Notes under the pieces: model-generated
The model's input: the letters and a program-made list of their open reading frames with translations, nothing else
Database searches by the model: none
Told to the model about the DNA's origin: nothing
Source of the DNA: Bacteroidia bacterium
GTDB taxonomy: Bacteria; Bacteroidota; Bacteroidia; UBA8524
Direction of reading: 5' to 3'
DNA length: 64,000 nt
Assembly (NCBI GenBank): GCA_965222995.1
Contig: OZ244977.1
Span: 582,095 to 646,094 of the forward strand
Program-made: the position numbers and the translations under genes
Part shown: piece after piece, positions 1-9,224 of the stretch
Layout: every line of letters starts with the position of its first letter
Position numbering within the stretch: position 1 is the stretch's first letter

Positions 1-348
1 CTTATACACTCGTGGTACTATAGTATTAGCCATATCATCTTCCATTGAAGGTGAAGTAGCTTGATTGTTATTGATAGTAATTTTAATGGCTTTCTGAAAT
101 TTAGCAGATTTAATTTCAGAAGTAAATTGTCTTATTACCCCATTGCTACCGTCATTAACAATTGGGCAAGCAAAATTTAGGTCTTTACCTGCTTCAAACT
201 TAAAGTAGTTGCCATTAATTTTACACTCAAGCCATACTTGTGGAGTTCCTTCAATAGGTTTGGGAAGCTCATTTTTGGTACAACCTCCAAAAACAACTAT
301 TAAAATAAAACTTAGGGTAAGTGTTTTAATATTCCTTAAATGTTTCAT
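1..348 (-). CDS. Hypothetical lipoprotein, 5'-truncated by window edge; paralog of the next gene
   Basis: Minus-strand frame is open from the window edge to an ATG at 346-348. The N-terminus MKHLRNIKTLTLSFILIVVFGGC has a lipobox-like Cys. Its GTPQVWLECKINGNYFKFEAG segment resembles GKPTVWVEGYVNGVPFKYEAG of ORF 348..965. Confidence 0.5.
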   Translation of the reverse strand, partial: MKHLRNIKTLTLSFILIVVFGGCTKNELPKPIEGTPQVWLECKINGNYFKFEAGKDLNFACPIVNDGSNGVIRQFTSEIKSAKFQKAIKITINNNQATSPSMEDDMANTIVPRVYK

Positions 349-965
349 TACTCTTCTCCGAAAGGAATATAACCATGACCATCTGTAATATCATACCAGA
401 AACCATTTGAGGGGTTTTTAACCCTACAATGGAAAAATATTTCTGCTACTTTATAGCGTTTGCCATTATACATAACATCGCTTACAGAAGCAATTTCAAA
501 TCTTGAATTTATGCTGTTTTGGTCATAAGGAACTGTATAAAACTTAGATTGTGTATTATGGTCTATATACAATAAAATAATTTCACTGGTTCTGTAAGGT
601 ACATAAGGGAAAGAATTAGAGTGAACAAACTTATACGTACCTGTTTGTATGGTTTTATCTAAGTCTTCCTGCACTGTACCTAGTTTTCTAGCACCATTGT
701 TTATAGAAATCTCAAGCGATTTATTCAAATCAGGTGCATTAATTTTAAAAATATATTGTCTGCTTTGGCTATCAATATTATGAGCTATGACATTTGCATA
801 ACTTGCATTAGTGCCCGCCTCATATTTAAAAGGTACACCATTAACATACCCTTCTACCCAAACAGTAGGTTTACCGTCAACGGCTTGTGGTAGCTCATTT
901 TTTTTGCATGAGCTGATACCCGTTAAAAGCAGAGATATAAAAGCTATGTATATTAACTTTTTCAC
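348..965 (-). CDS. Hypothetical lipoprotein (signal peptide with lipobox LTGISSC)
   Basis: 205-aa ORF with N-terminus MKKLIYIAFISLLLTGISSCKK. It is the tandem paralog of the partial ORF at 1..348 and lies directly downstream of the sigma/anti-sigma pair. Confidence 0.6.
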   Translation of the reverse strand: MKKLIYIAFISLLLTGISSCKKNELPQAVDGKPTVWVEGYVNGVPFKYEAGTNASYANVIAHNIDSQSRQYIFKINAPDLNKSLEISINNGARKLGTVQEDLDKTIQTGTYKFVHSNSFPYVPYRTSEIILLYIDHNTQSKFYTVPYDQNSINSRFEIASVSDVMYNGKRYKVAEIFFHCRVKNPSNGFWYDITDGHGYIPFGEE

Positions 966-2309
966 TTATCGTGTTAAATTCAGTTTCACAAATAACTGCA
1001 AATGCGCAGGTAAATGTTTTTTATTGTTATTAAAAAAGCTGTTTTTAGTTACGTCATTAAACATTTGGTTATAGCGTACACCCAAGCTATATTTACTAGG
1101 CAGGTTAAATTCATAACCCAGCAATAAACCATAGTTAAATGTATTTAAATCTTCGTACACACCGTTTTTCGTAACTGTTGTTGATGATTTTTCTGCAAAT
1201 CTTTCCCTTTGTTCTGCAACTTCTGTCTTAGCATTTACCAACCACATAGCTGATGTTCCTATGCTAAACTTATGTTTTGGTGTTAATGAGTAGTTTACAG
1301 ATATAGGCAACTGCACATAATCCAATGCCTTGGTAACTAAAAAGAAGTTGGTAGTAGTTTTCTCCAAGAAAAACTCTGTTTGTGTTACATTTCTGGTAAT
1401 GTTATTACCTGTGCTGCGTAAGTAGTTTAGCTCTGCATTAACAGCCCATCGGCGGCTTAAATTTTTACCAAAAAATATCCCTACCATAACGCCACTACCC
1501 ACTTGGAAGTTGTTTGAAGAAGTACTTAGTACTCTATTAAAATTACCTCCTGCTTGTATACCTACCTGTAAACGGTGGAAACGTCTTATCTCATCCAGTT
1601 TTCTTTCAGCTTTTTGGGCAGAGTCAATAAAAGTTTTCTTAGTAGTAACTAAGCTGCCAAAATCAGGATATTCAAAAGGGAACTCCGGATTAATAGATGT
1701 TAGAAGTGTATTTGATAATAAATTTTTAGTAAACAACTTAATATCTGAGGTCTCTGGAGTTACTTTTTTATCAGTATTTTCAACTACAGTAATTTCATCG
1801 GTTTTTTTACTGTCGTCATTTTTTGCAACTACAGGTGTAGGAGCCTCTTTAACTTCAGCGGTTGAGTTGTTTGATGGTGTTGTCGCCGAAGGTGAAACAT
1901 CAGGCGTATTAGTAATTTCGTTAGCAGCAGTGTTCTCATCAATAGAAATAATACCTGCAGTATTAACATCTTTTGATGAGTTTAACTCATTGTCAGCCGA
2001 TGTAGTGTTGGTTTCTTGTTTTGCAACAGGTGCTTGTGCAACAACTTGCTCATTAGCTTTTGGAGCAACATTTTCAGCATAGGTATTAGTATCGTAGCCC
2101 GAAATATAAGCTACTACGGAGCCTGCCAATATAATTGCACCTGCTACACTGGCAAGTATATATTGGTTTATGTTTTTTAAGACGGAGCCGCTATCGTCAG
2201 CATCAAGCATAGCTTCCATGTTTTCCCAAGCACCGGAAACATATTCGCTTTCATGACCATCCAAGCGGTCTTTAAAAAACTTGTCTATGTCGTTAATATT
2301 ATTGTCCAT
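966..2309 (-). CDS. Anti-sigma-factor-like membrane protein with C-terminal outer-membrane beta-barrel (PorT/OMP_b-brl-like) domain
   Basis: 447 aa. A cytoplasmic N-terminus with a W-x7-D motif (SGAWENMEAMLD) is followed by a single TM segment (ILASVAGAIILAGSVVAYI). A long S/T/N/E-rich low-complexity linker leads to a ~200-aa C-terminus with the alternating hydrophobic pattern of OM beta-barrels. The gene overlaps the upstream ECF sigma gene by 11 nt. Confidence 0.6.
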   Translation of the reverse strand: MDNNINDIDKFFKDRLDGHESEYVSGAWENMEAMLDADDSGSVLKNINQYILASVAGAIILAGSVVAYISGYDTNTYAENVAPKANEQVVAQAPVAKQETNTTSADNELNSSKDVNTAGIISIDENTAANEITNTPDVSPSATTPSNNSTAEVKEAPTPVVAKNDDSKKTDEITVVENTDKKVTPETSDIKLFTKNLLSNTLLTSINPEFPFEYPDFGSLVTTKKTFIDSAQKAERKLDEIRRFHRLQVGIQAGGNFNRVLSTSSNNFQVGSGVMVGIFFGKNLSRRWAVNAELNYLRSTGNNITRNVTQTEFFLEKTTTNFFLVTKALDYVQLPISVNYSLTPKHKFSIGTSAMWLVNAKTEVAEQRERFAEKSSTTVTKNGVYEDLNTFNYGLLLGYEFNLPSKYSLGVRYNQMFNDVTKNSFFNNNKKHLPAHLQLFVKLNLTR

Positions 2310-2865
2310 TGGTAATTTCTACCTTTTCTAAATTAGCCTTTTTTTTAAGCATTACCTTTAGCTTTTGCCTTGCGGCATGCAGGTAAGTGCGTGATGTTAC
2401 TTCTGAAATATTAAGTTGCTCACCAATTTCTCTGTGGCTGTAACCGTCAATTGCATATAAATTGAAAACAGCTTTTGCCATGGGAGGAAGCTGGTGCACC
2501 AACTTCATTATCTCTTCAACATTATATTTTGAAACTACACTATTGTCAGTTTCACCATTATATATTTCTAAATATTCGCTATTGGGTGAGATGTAGTGAT
2601 TATAATTTTTACGCTCTTTTATATAATCAAGCGCAGTGTTAATTATAATTCGCTTAATCCAACCTTCAAAACTACCCTGGTTTCTAAACTGCCCAATATT
2701 CTTAAACACTTTAAAGAAACCTAAATTCAAAACCTCCAACGCCTCATCCTGCTTCTTCATATACCTTAGGCATATTGCATACATTTTTCCAAAGTAATGC
2801 TCATATAGCTTTTTTTGAGCTATTCTATCGTTTTCACGACATTTTTCTATGAGCAATTCATTCAT
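2299..2865 (-). CDS. ECF-type RNA polymerase sigma-70 family factor
   Basis: 188 aa with sigma-70 region 2 motifs (FFKVFKNIGQF, SFEGWIKRIIINTALDYIKER) and a region-4 HTH (YSHREIGEQLNISEVTSRTYLHAARQKL). Confidence 0.85.
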   Translation of the reverse strand: MNELLIEKCRENDRIAQKKLYEHYFGKMYAICLRYMKKQDEALEVLNLGFFKVFKNIGQFRNQGSFEGWIKRIIINTALDYIKERKNYNHYISPNSEYLEIYNGETDNSVVSKYNVEEIMKLVHQLPPMAKAVFNLYAIDGYSHREIGEQLNISEVTSRTYLHAARQKLKVMLKKKANLEKVEITNGQ

Positions 2866-3026
2866 TGGACGAGGTGTGCTATTAATGACGATGCTTTTGG
2901 CAACGATGTTGTTATTAGGTTATAAAAATTTACTTAAGATACTATAAAAAGAACAAAATTGCCGATAAAAGGGTTTTACCTTTATTTATATCTGATGTAT
3001 ATATTAACGTAGCAATAATATCATAG

Positions 3027-3034
3027 TATCTTTG
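3027..3034 (+). promoter_or_regulatory. Bacteroidetes-type -7 promoter element TAtcTTTG upstream of mnmA
   Basis: tatctttg matches TAnnTTTG and lies 13 nt before the ATG at 3047. Confidence 0.4.
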
Positions 3035-3046
3035 CAAAGATAAAAA

Positions 3047-4153
3047 ATGAGTAAAAAAGGTAAAATATTAGTAGCCATGAGTGGCGGCATAGATAGTACC
3101 GTTACAGCTATAATGTTGAAAGAAGAAGGGTATGAGGTGGTAGGAATTACCATGAAAACATGGGACTATGCCAGCTCAGGCGTTAATGGCAAAGAAACAG
3201 GCTGCTGCAGCTTAGATTCTATAAACGATGCACGTGCCATTGCCGTTGAGCATGGCATACACCACTTTATATTGGATATACGCGATGAATTTGGCGATTT
3301 TGTAATAGACAATTTTGTAGATGAATATTTGGCAGGTCGTACACCAAACCCTTGCGTACTTTGCAATACCCATATTAAGTGGGAAGCACTATTGAAACGT
3401 GCCGATATGTTGGATTGTGAGTTTATTGCCACAGGACATTATGCCAACCTAAATATTAACCCCATTAACAACAGGTATTATGTATCAAAAGGGTTGGATG
3501 AAAACAAAGACCAATCTTATGTTTTGTGGGGTTTGGCGCAAAAAAACTTAGCACGTACAAAATTCCCAATGGGTAAATACCATAAGCCTGATATAAAACA
3601 AATGGCAATTGATATGGGCTACCATGAATTAGCTAAGAAAAGCGAAAGCTATGAGATTTGCTTTGTGCCTGACAATGATTACCGAGGATTTTTGAAAAAT
3701 AGGGTAGAAGGCTTAGAAGAGCGTGTTGAAGGAGGAAACTTTGTAAGAGCAGACGGTACTATAATTGGTAAACACAGAGGGTACCCGTTTTATACTGTGG
3801 GGCAACGTAAAGGACTGGAAATAGCCCTTGGAGAGCCTATGTTTGTGCTTGAAATACAGCCAGATACAAATACAGTTGTTTTAGGCACTAAAGACGAACT
3901 GGAACGTAGTGGTATGCTTGTGCGTAGCATTAACTTACAAAAGTATGATGCTATAGATACCGAGTTAGACAGCATTACAAAAATAAGGTATAAAGACGCG
4001 GGTACACCTGCAGTTATCACTCAGAAAGAGAACAAAATGGAGGTGATATTCAATAGTAAAGTAAATGCTATTGCACCGGGGCAATCGGCAGTTTTTTATG
4101 AGGGGAACGATGTAATTGGCGGTGGTTGGATTGAAAAAAGTTTTGAGGTATAA
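3047..4153 (+). CDS. mnmA: tRNA-specific 2-thiouridylase MnmA
   Basis: 368 aa with a PP-loop (VAMSGGIDSTV) and the conserved CCSLDS, NPCVLCN and GHYA segments. Length and layout are typical of MnmA. Confidence 0.92.
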   Translation: MSKKGKILVAMSGGIDSTVTAIMLKEEGYEVVGITMKTWDYASSGVNGKETGCCSLDSINDARAIAVEHGIHHFILDIRDEFGDFVIDNFVDEYLAGRTPNPCVLCNTHIKWEALLKRADMLDCEFIATGHYANLNINPINNRYYVSKGLDENKDQSYVLWGLAQKNLARTKFPMGKYHKPDIKQMAIDMGYHELAKKSESYEICFVPDNDYRGFLKNRVEGLEERVEGGNFVRADGTIIGKHRGYPFYTVGQRKGLEIALGEPMFVLEIQPDTNTVVLGTKDELERSGMLVRSINLQKYDAIDTELDSITKIRYKDAGTPAVITQKENKMEVIFNSKVNAIAPGQSAVFYEGNDVIGGGWIEKSFEV

Positions 4154-4172
4154 TTTTTAAACACACATACAT

Positions 4173-4193
4173 AAGGCAGGTACTACCTGCCTT
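4173..4193 (+). terminator. Possible intrinsic terminator after mnmA (weak T tract)
   Basis: Inverted repeat aaggcaggta c tacctgcctt is followed by aattatttt. It ends immediately before the next start codon. Confidence 0.35.
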
Positions 4194-4202
4194 AATTATT
4201 TT

Positions 4203-5879
4203 ATGAAAACATATTTTGTAGTATTTTTTTTAATAGTATCTGTTTTTGCTAAAGCTGATTCTAATGACTCAATAAAATTTTGGGTATCCTTTAAAGACAA
4301 AAAAAGCACTCCATATTCTGTCAACAAGCCGGAAAAATTTCTTTCAAAAAGAGCAATTGAAAGACGCAAAACCTTCAACATAAAAATAACAGAGCAAGAC
4401 TTCCCTGTAAACCCTTCATACGTTAATAAAATAGAAAAAACAGGAGTAAAAGTGCTTAATAGATCGCGTTGGCTAAACGGGGTATCTATTTTAACTGCAG
4501 ATAATAAAAAGATTAAAGAAATTCTTGAACTTCCATTTGTAGCTGATGTGAAAAAGGTAGGGGTATATAGCAAAAAAGATAATTCTAAAATGGATTATTT
4601 AATGGAGCTTTTTATGAGTTTAGGAGGGGACAGCGATACTTCAAAAATTGATGGGCCGTACTACGGGGATGGTTTAAACCAAATACAAATGCTAAATGGT
4701 GTGGAAATGCACAAAAAGGGGTATACCGGCAAGGGCGTTGTTATTGCAGTACTTGATGGGGGGTTTATGAACGTACACAAAATAAAGACCTTCAGGCATT
4801 TGTTTATCAACAATCAAATATTAGGTGCCTGGGATTTTGTACAACTTGATAGTAATGTATACAACGATAATAATCACGGTATGAATGTACTAAGTTGTAT
4901 GGCTGCTAAAACTCCTTACAAAATGGTGGGTACTGCTCCTGATGCTCAATACTGGTTGTTAAGAACAGAAGATGCTAATACAGAGTATTTAATTGAAGAG
5001 TATAACTGGGCTAGCGGCGCTGAATTTGCTGATAGTGCCGGTGCAGATATCATAAACTCATCATTAGGGTATACCACTTTTGATGATAAAACTATGAACC
5101 ATACCTATAAAGACTTAAACGGGAAAAAATCGGTATGTACACAAGCTGCAGCAATTGCAGCACAAAAAGGAATTATAGTATGCAATGCTGCAGGAAATGA
5201 GGGAGATGATAAATGGAAGTATTTGGGTGCCCCTGCCGATGCCGTTGGAATAATTACTGTTGGTGGAGTGAATGGTGATAGTACACATGCTGAGTTTAGC
5301 TCGTATGGCCCAACTGCTGATGGTAGAATAAAACCCACAGTTGTTGCACAGGCAACCAAAGCTATTGTGTCTTCTGTTGACGATAAATTTTATGGTTCTC
5401 AAGGGACATCGTTTTCATCACCAATATTATGTGGTATGGTAGCTTGTTTGAGGCAAGCAAACCCAACAAAAACAGTTGATGAAGTTATAACAGCCATTCA
5501 GTTTAGTGCTACACAGTATCATGCCCCCGATACAGTTTTGGGTAGTGGAATTCCTAATTTTGTTTTAGCAAACCAATATTTAGGAGGTGATGAATACTTT
5601 GACTATAAAAGAAATCAAATAGCCGTTCCCCCTTCATCAATCTTTAAAGAAACCATAAGTTTCACCACATTTTCGCCCAAATACGATAGTATAGTTGTTA
5701 CCATAACCGATACAAAAGGGAATATAGTTTTACGTAAATCTATACTACCTGATGTGAAAAATCCGTTGGGTTTTCATAAAATTAATTTAAGCGAGGCAAA
5801 TAACTTTGCAACAGGAACTTATACCTGTACTGTAAAAATTGATAAAGAAGTAGCAGTATACAAATTAACCAAAGAATAA
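4203..5879 (+). CDS. Secreted subtilisin-like S8 serine peptidase, probable T9SS C-terminal sorting domain
   Basis: Signal peptide MKTYFVVFFLIVSVFA. The catalytic triad context is VLDGGF (Asp), HGMNV (His) and GTSFSSPILCGMVA (Ser). The C-terminal ~80 aa end in GTYTCTVKIDKEVAVYKLTKE, consistent with a Por-secretion CTD. Confidence 0.85.
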   Translation: MKTYFVVFFLIVSVFAKADSNDSIKFWVSFKDKKSTPYSVNKPEKFLSKRAIERRKTFNIKITEQDFPVNPSYVNKIEKTGVKVLNRSRWLNGVSILTADNKKIKEILELPFVADVKKVGVYSKKDNSKMDYLMELFMSLGGDSDTSKIDGPYYGDGLNQIQMLNGVEMHKKGYTGKGVVIAVLDGGFMNVHKIKTFRHLFINNQILGAWDFVQLDSNVYNDNNHGMNVLSCMAAKTPYKMVGTAPDAQYWLLRTEDANTEYLIEEYNWASGAEFADSAGADIINSSLGYTTFDDKTMNHTYKDLNGKKSVCTQAAAIAAQKGIIVCNAAGNEGDDKWKYLGAPADAVGIITVGGVNGDSTHAEFSSYGPTADGRIKPTVVAQATKAIVSSVDDKFYGSQGTSFSSPILCGMVACLRQANPTKTVDEVITAIQFSATQYHAPDTVLGSGIPNFVLANQYLGGDEYFDYKRNQIAVPPSSIFKETISFTTFSPKYDSIVVTITDTKGNIVLRKSILPDVKNPLGFHKINLSEANNFATGTYTCTVKIDKEVAVYKLTKE

Positions 5880-5938
5880 TATTTAAAGGTTAGTTGAAAC
5901 TTTTTTGGCTGATTTTTTGTCTGTTTGATGTGAAACTT

Positions 5939-8326
5939 ATGAAAACAATTCTAAGGCGGTTTTCCGTTTTATTTATATTAGTCTTAATATCATTTATTTC
6001 AGCCCAATCACAGAGCTATATCTTAAGTGGTAAAGTTACTGATGAGCAAACAGGTGAGTCTCTTATTGGTGCGGCGATACTCAATATTAATAATGCAAAA
6101 CAATATGCTACCACTAATGAAAAAGGGTACTATCAGATTTTTTTAGAGCCGGGGAAGTATACTTTCAAAATAAGTTCAGTAGGTTATGAGGCTAAACAAG
6201 TAAGCCTTGAAATAAAAAAGAATACATCAAAAAACTTTCAATTAAAGCCCAAAGCCGTAAATGTGGGTGAAGTTATTGTTAAAAGTGAGGCAAGTGATAA
6301 AAATGTGAAGAGTATTGAGATGAGCAAAGTGCAACTCTCAGGCAAAACAATTAAAAAACTACCTGTAATTTTTGGGGAGACTGATGTACTGAAAACCATA
6401 ACACTTTTACCCGGTATAAAAAGTGGTGGTGAAGGAAATACAGGGTTTTATGTAAGAGGAGGAGGCCCTGACCAAAATTTAGTGCTGCTTGATGATGCTG
6501 TGGTATATAATGCTTCACATTTACTGGGTTTTTTCTCTGTATTTAATGGAGATGCAGTAGAAGATATAGAAGTAATAAAAGGAGGGATGCCGGCTAATTA
6601 TGGGGGAAGACTATCGTCAATTGTTAGTGTGGGGATGAAGGAGGGAGACAAATATAAATATAGAGTTAATGGGGGTGTGGGTTTAATTTCATCAAGATTA
6701 CAAGTTGAAGGACCTATACAAAAAGGAAAAAGTTCTTTTGTTATAAGTGGGCGAAGAACATATGGCGATGTTGTTGCAAGACCTTTTTTGGCGGATAGTT
6801 TAAAAGAGAATGCACTCTATTTTTACGATTTAAATGCAAAGCTTACTTTTAACTTAAGCCCTAAAGACCGTTTATACTTTACAGGGTATTTAGGTAGAGA
6901 TGTTTTTCGTTTTGTGAATAACCGTGTTAACCGTTTTACTTTTACAGTTGGATGGGGAAACCGTATAGCTTCAGCTAAGTGGAATCATATATATAACTCT
7001 AAACTTTCATCAAATGTTAGTCTTACTTATAATGATTTTGAGCTGGGGTCAAACGCTGAATTTGCCGGTGGTACTTTAGATGTATTTTCAGGTTTAAGAG
7101 ATATTACAGGCAAAGCAGACTATATATATATACCTCAAAAAAATATAAAGCTCAAGTATGGGATACAATACATATATCATACATTCATCCCCGGTATTTT
7201 ATCTGCTCAACAAGCAGGAGTAAATATCAATAGCGAAATAAACAGGCAGTTTGCTCACGAGGGTGCCGCTTATGTTTCATTAGACTGGGAGGCAAGTACC
7301 CGATGGTTTATTAATGCCGGCTTGCGTTATTCTGCTTTCGACCAAGTTGGTCCTTATAAACAACCCTTGTTTGATGAGTTAGGCGCACCCACCGGAGAGT
7401 TTCTAGAGTTTAGCAGAGGCACTTCAATACAATTATGGCATGGGGCAGAACCTCGATTTTCATTCCGCTATATTATAAATCCAACAACTTCAATAAAAGG
7501 CTCATATACACGAACTTTACAATATTTGCATTTAGCAACATCATCATCAGCAACCCTACCAACAGACTTATGGGTGCCTAGTTCTCGGTTAGTTAGACCT
7601 CAAATAGCAAATCAAGTAGTATTGGGGCTATTTAAGAACTTTAAAGAGGATACTTATGAAACATCTATAGAAACATATTACAAGCCCATGCAAAACCAGA
7701 TAGAGTTTAAGCCCGGAGCGCAATTGTTTTTTAATCAGAATTTAGAAAACGAAATGGTATTTGGCTCAGGATTATCGTATGGGGTTGAGTTCTTAATAAA
7801 GAAAGTGAAAGGGAAGACAACAGGCTGGATTGGGTATACATGGAGTAAAACTACCCGTACCTTTGATATATTTAATAATGGAGACCCTTATTTTTATAGA
7901 TACGACCGTAGACACGATATATCGGTAGTTATAAGCCACCAAATCAATAAAAAATGGGATTTTAATTTTGTGTTCGTTTATGGTTCAGGCAATGTATTAA
8001 CACTTCCACAACAACGCTTTACTTATAGTTTTGGAGTAAGCCCACAAGCACCTGCACCATTCTTTAATATTATTGATAGGTATGTAGATATTGCCAATTA
8101 CCGCATGCCTGCATACCATAGAGCAGATATTTCTTTTAACTATACTCCTAAGCCTGATGCTAAAAAATTTAAAAGTAGCTGGAACTTCTCCATCTATAAT
8201 TTATACAGCAGGGCAAATCCATACTTTATATACTTTGACCCTGATGTGTTAACCCAAACAGTTAAAGCACGTATGGTGTATCTTTTCCCTATTATACCAT
8301 CAGTAACGTGGAATTTTAAATTTTAA
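5939..8326 (+). CDS. TonB-dependent outer membrane receptor (CarboxypepD_reg-like N-domain + plug + barrel)
   Basis: Signal peptide MKTILRRFSVLFILVLISFISAQS. GKVTDEQTGESLIGAAI is a carboxypeptidase-regulatory-like motif. Plug-like segments follow. The C-terminal barrel ends in an aromatic residue (NFKF). An upstream in-frame ATG at 5894 is the alternative start. Confidence 0.9.
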   Translation: MKTILRRFSVLFILVLISFISAQSQSYILSGKVTDEQTGESLIGAAILNINNAKQYATTNEKGYYQIFLEPGKYTFKISSVGYEAKQVSLEIKKNTSKNFQLKPKAVNVGEVIVKSEASDKNVKSIEMSKVQLSGKTIKKLPVIFGETDVLKTITLLPGIKSGGEGNTGFYVRGGGPDQNLVLLDDAVVYNASHLLGFFSVFNGDAVEDIEVIKGGMPANYGGRLSSIVSVGMKEGDKYKYRVNGGVGLISSRLQVEGPIQKGKSSFVISGRRTYGDVVARPFLADSLKENALYFYDLNAKLTFNLSPKDRLYFTGYLGRDVFRFVNNRVNRFTFTVGWGNRIASAKWNHIYNSKLSSNVSLTYNDFELGSNAEFAGGTLDVFSGLRDITGKADYIYIPQKNIKLKYGIQYIYHTFIPGILSAQQAGVNINSEINRQFAHEGAAYVSLDWEASTRWFINAGLRYSAFDQVGPYKQPLFDELGAPTGEFLEFSRGTSIQLWHGAEPRFSFRYIINPTTSIKGSYTRTLQYLHLATSSSATLPTDLWVPSSRLVRPQIANQVVLGLFKNFKEDTYETSIETYYKPMQNQIEFKPGAQLFFNQNLENEMVFGSGLSYGVEFLIKKVKGKTTGWIGYTWSKTTRTFDIFNNGDPYFYRYDRRHDISVVISHQINKKWDFNFVFVYGSGNVLTLPQQRFTYSFGVSPQAPAPFFNIIDRYVDIANYRMPAYHRADISFNYTPKPDAKKFKSSWNFSIYNLYSRANPYFIYFDPDVLTQTVKARMVYLFPIIPSVTWNFKF

Positions 8327-8332
8327 GAAATC

Positions 8333-9196
8333 ATGAGAAACTTGAAGCACATAATAAGTATACTAATAATAGCAATAACTTTAGTTTCTTGTGAGAAAGA
8401 AATTGATGTCCCTTTACCACCTACTGAAAGTGAGATAGTTGTAGAAGCATATATAAACCAACTTGACCCATTATTTAATTATGTGGTTTTAACGCGTTCT
8501 GTAGATTACTTTAATCCACAACTGGATGCCATAGCCGTGAGTAATGCGCAAGTTTTTATAACTGAAGGTTTGGTTAATGGTACCGATACAGTTTGGGACG
8601 ATGCAAACAAGAAGCAATTAGTCGAGGTAGCTCAAGATACTATACCGGGTATATACTTCAATATAAACTTAGTAGGGCGCATCGGATATGTATATAGATT
8701 AGAGATAAATGCTGATGGTAAATACATTCATGGGGTAACCAGTATACCGGCTTTGGTACCGTTAGATAGTTTAACATCAAGCTTCAGGGTTAACCCTGTA
8801 AATGATAAAGATACAGGCTATTTTATGACAATTCATTTTGATGAACCTGTTGAAACCGGTAATAATTATCGATATTTATTTAAAGTAGGAGGGGATACAA
8901 TCTCTTTTGGTTGGGGTAGTATAAATGATGAAGACGGAGCTTTTAATGATGAGATTGTTAACGGTGTATATAGAAGCTTCACTTTTGGCGATAGATTTAA
9001 GTTTAACGATACAGTAAGTTTTTATTTAACCTCTATAGATAGACCGGCATTTAACTTCTGGGATTCATATTCTCAAGCAAGAAGCAATGGAGGACCTTTT
9101 GCCACTCCTGTTCAGCTAAAATCTAATATCAATGGAGCTATTGGCTCATTTACAGGAAAGGCAGTGAGTAGGAAGCGATTAATTTTTAAGCCTTAA
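8333..9196 (+). CDS. DUF4249-like lipoprotein commonly partnered with TonB-dependent receptors
   Basis: Lipoprotein signal (LVSCEKE). It starts 7 nt after the receptor stop. This size and position are typical of the Bacteroidetes receptor-associated lipoprotein family. The family name is from memory. Confidence 0.55.
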   Translation: MRNLKHIISILIIAITLVSCEKEIDVPLPPTESEIVVEAYINQLDPLFNYVVLTRSVDYFNPQLDAIAVSNAQVFITEGLVNGTDTVWDDANKKQLVEVAQDTIPGIYFNINLVGRIGYVYRLEINADGKYIHGVTSIPALVPLDSLTSSFRVNPVNDKDTGYFMTIHFDEPVETGNNYRYLFKVGGDTISFGWGSINDEDGAFNDEIVNGVYRSFTFGDRFKFNDTVSFYLTSIDRPAFNFWDSYSQARSNGGPFATPVQLKSNINGAIGSFTGKAVSRKRLIFKP

Positions 9197-9224
9197 ATAT
9201 ATAATATGGATACTAATTACTAAT

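Noticed and set aside
1510-2082. 190-aa plus-strand ORF within the anti-sigma gene and other short overlapping ORFs from the track (e.g. 811..1074, 3166..3432, 3790..4020, 4196..4573, 5105..5402, 9354..9560, 47178..47449)
   Set aside because: All are embedded antisense or out of frame in confidently called genes. They are hydrophobic or low-complexity artefacts of AT-rich DNA.
7127-7138. (TA)6 microsatellite inside the TonB-dependent receptor gene
   Set aside because: It is short and in frame (encodes YIYI). Nothing suggests phase variation, and the length is within chance for AT-rich DNA.
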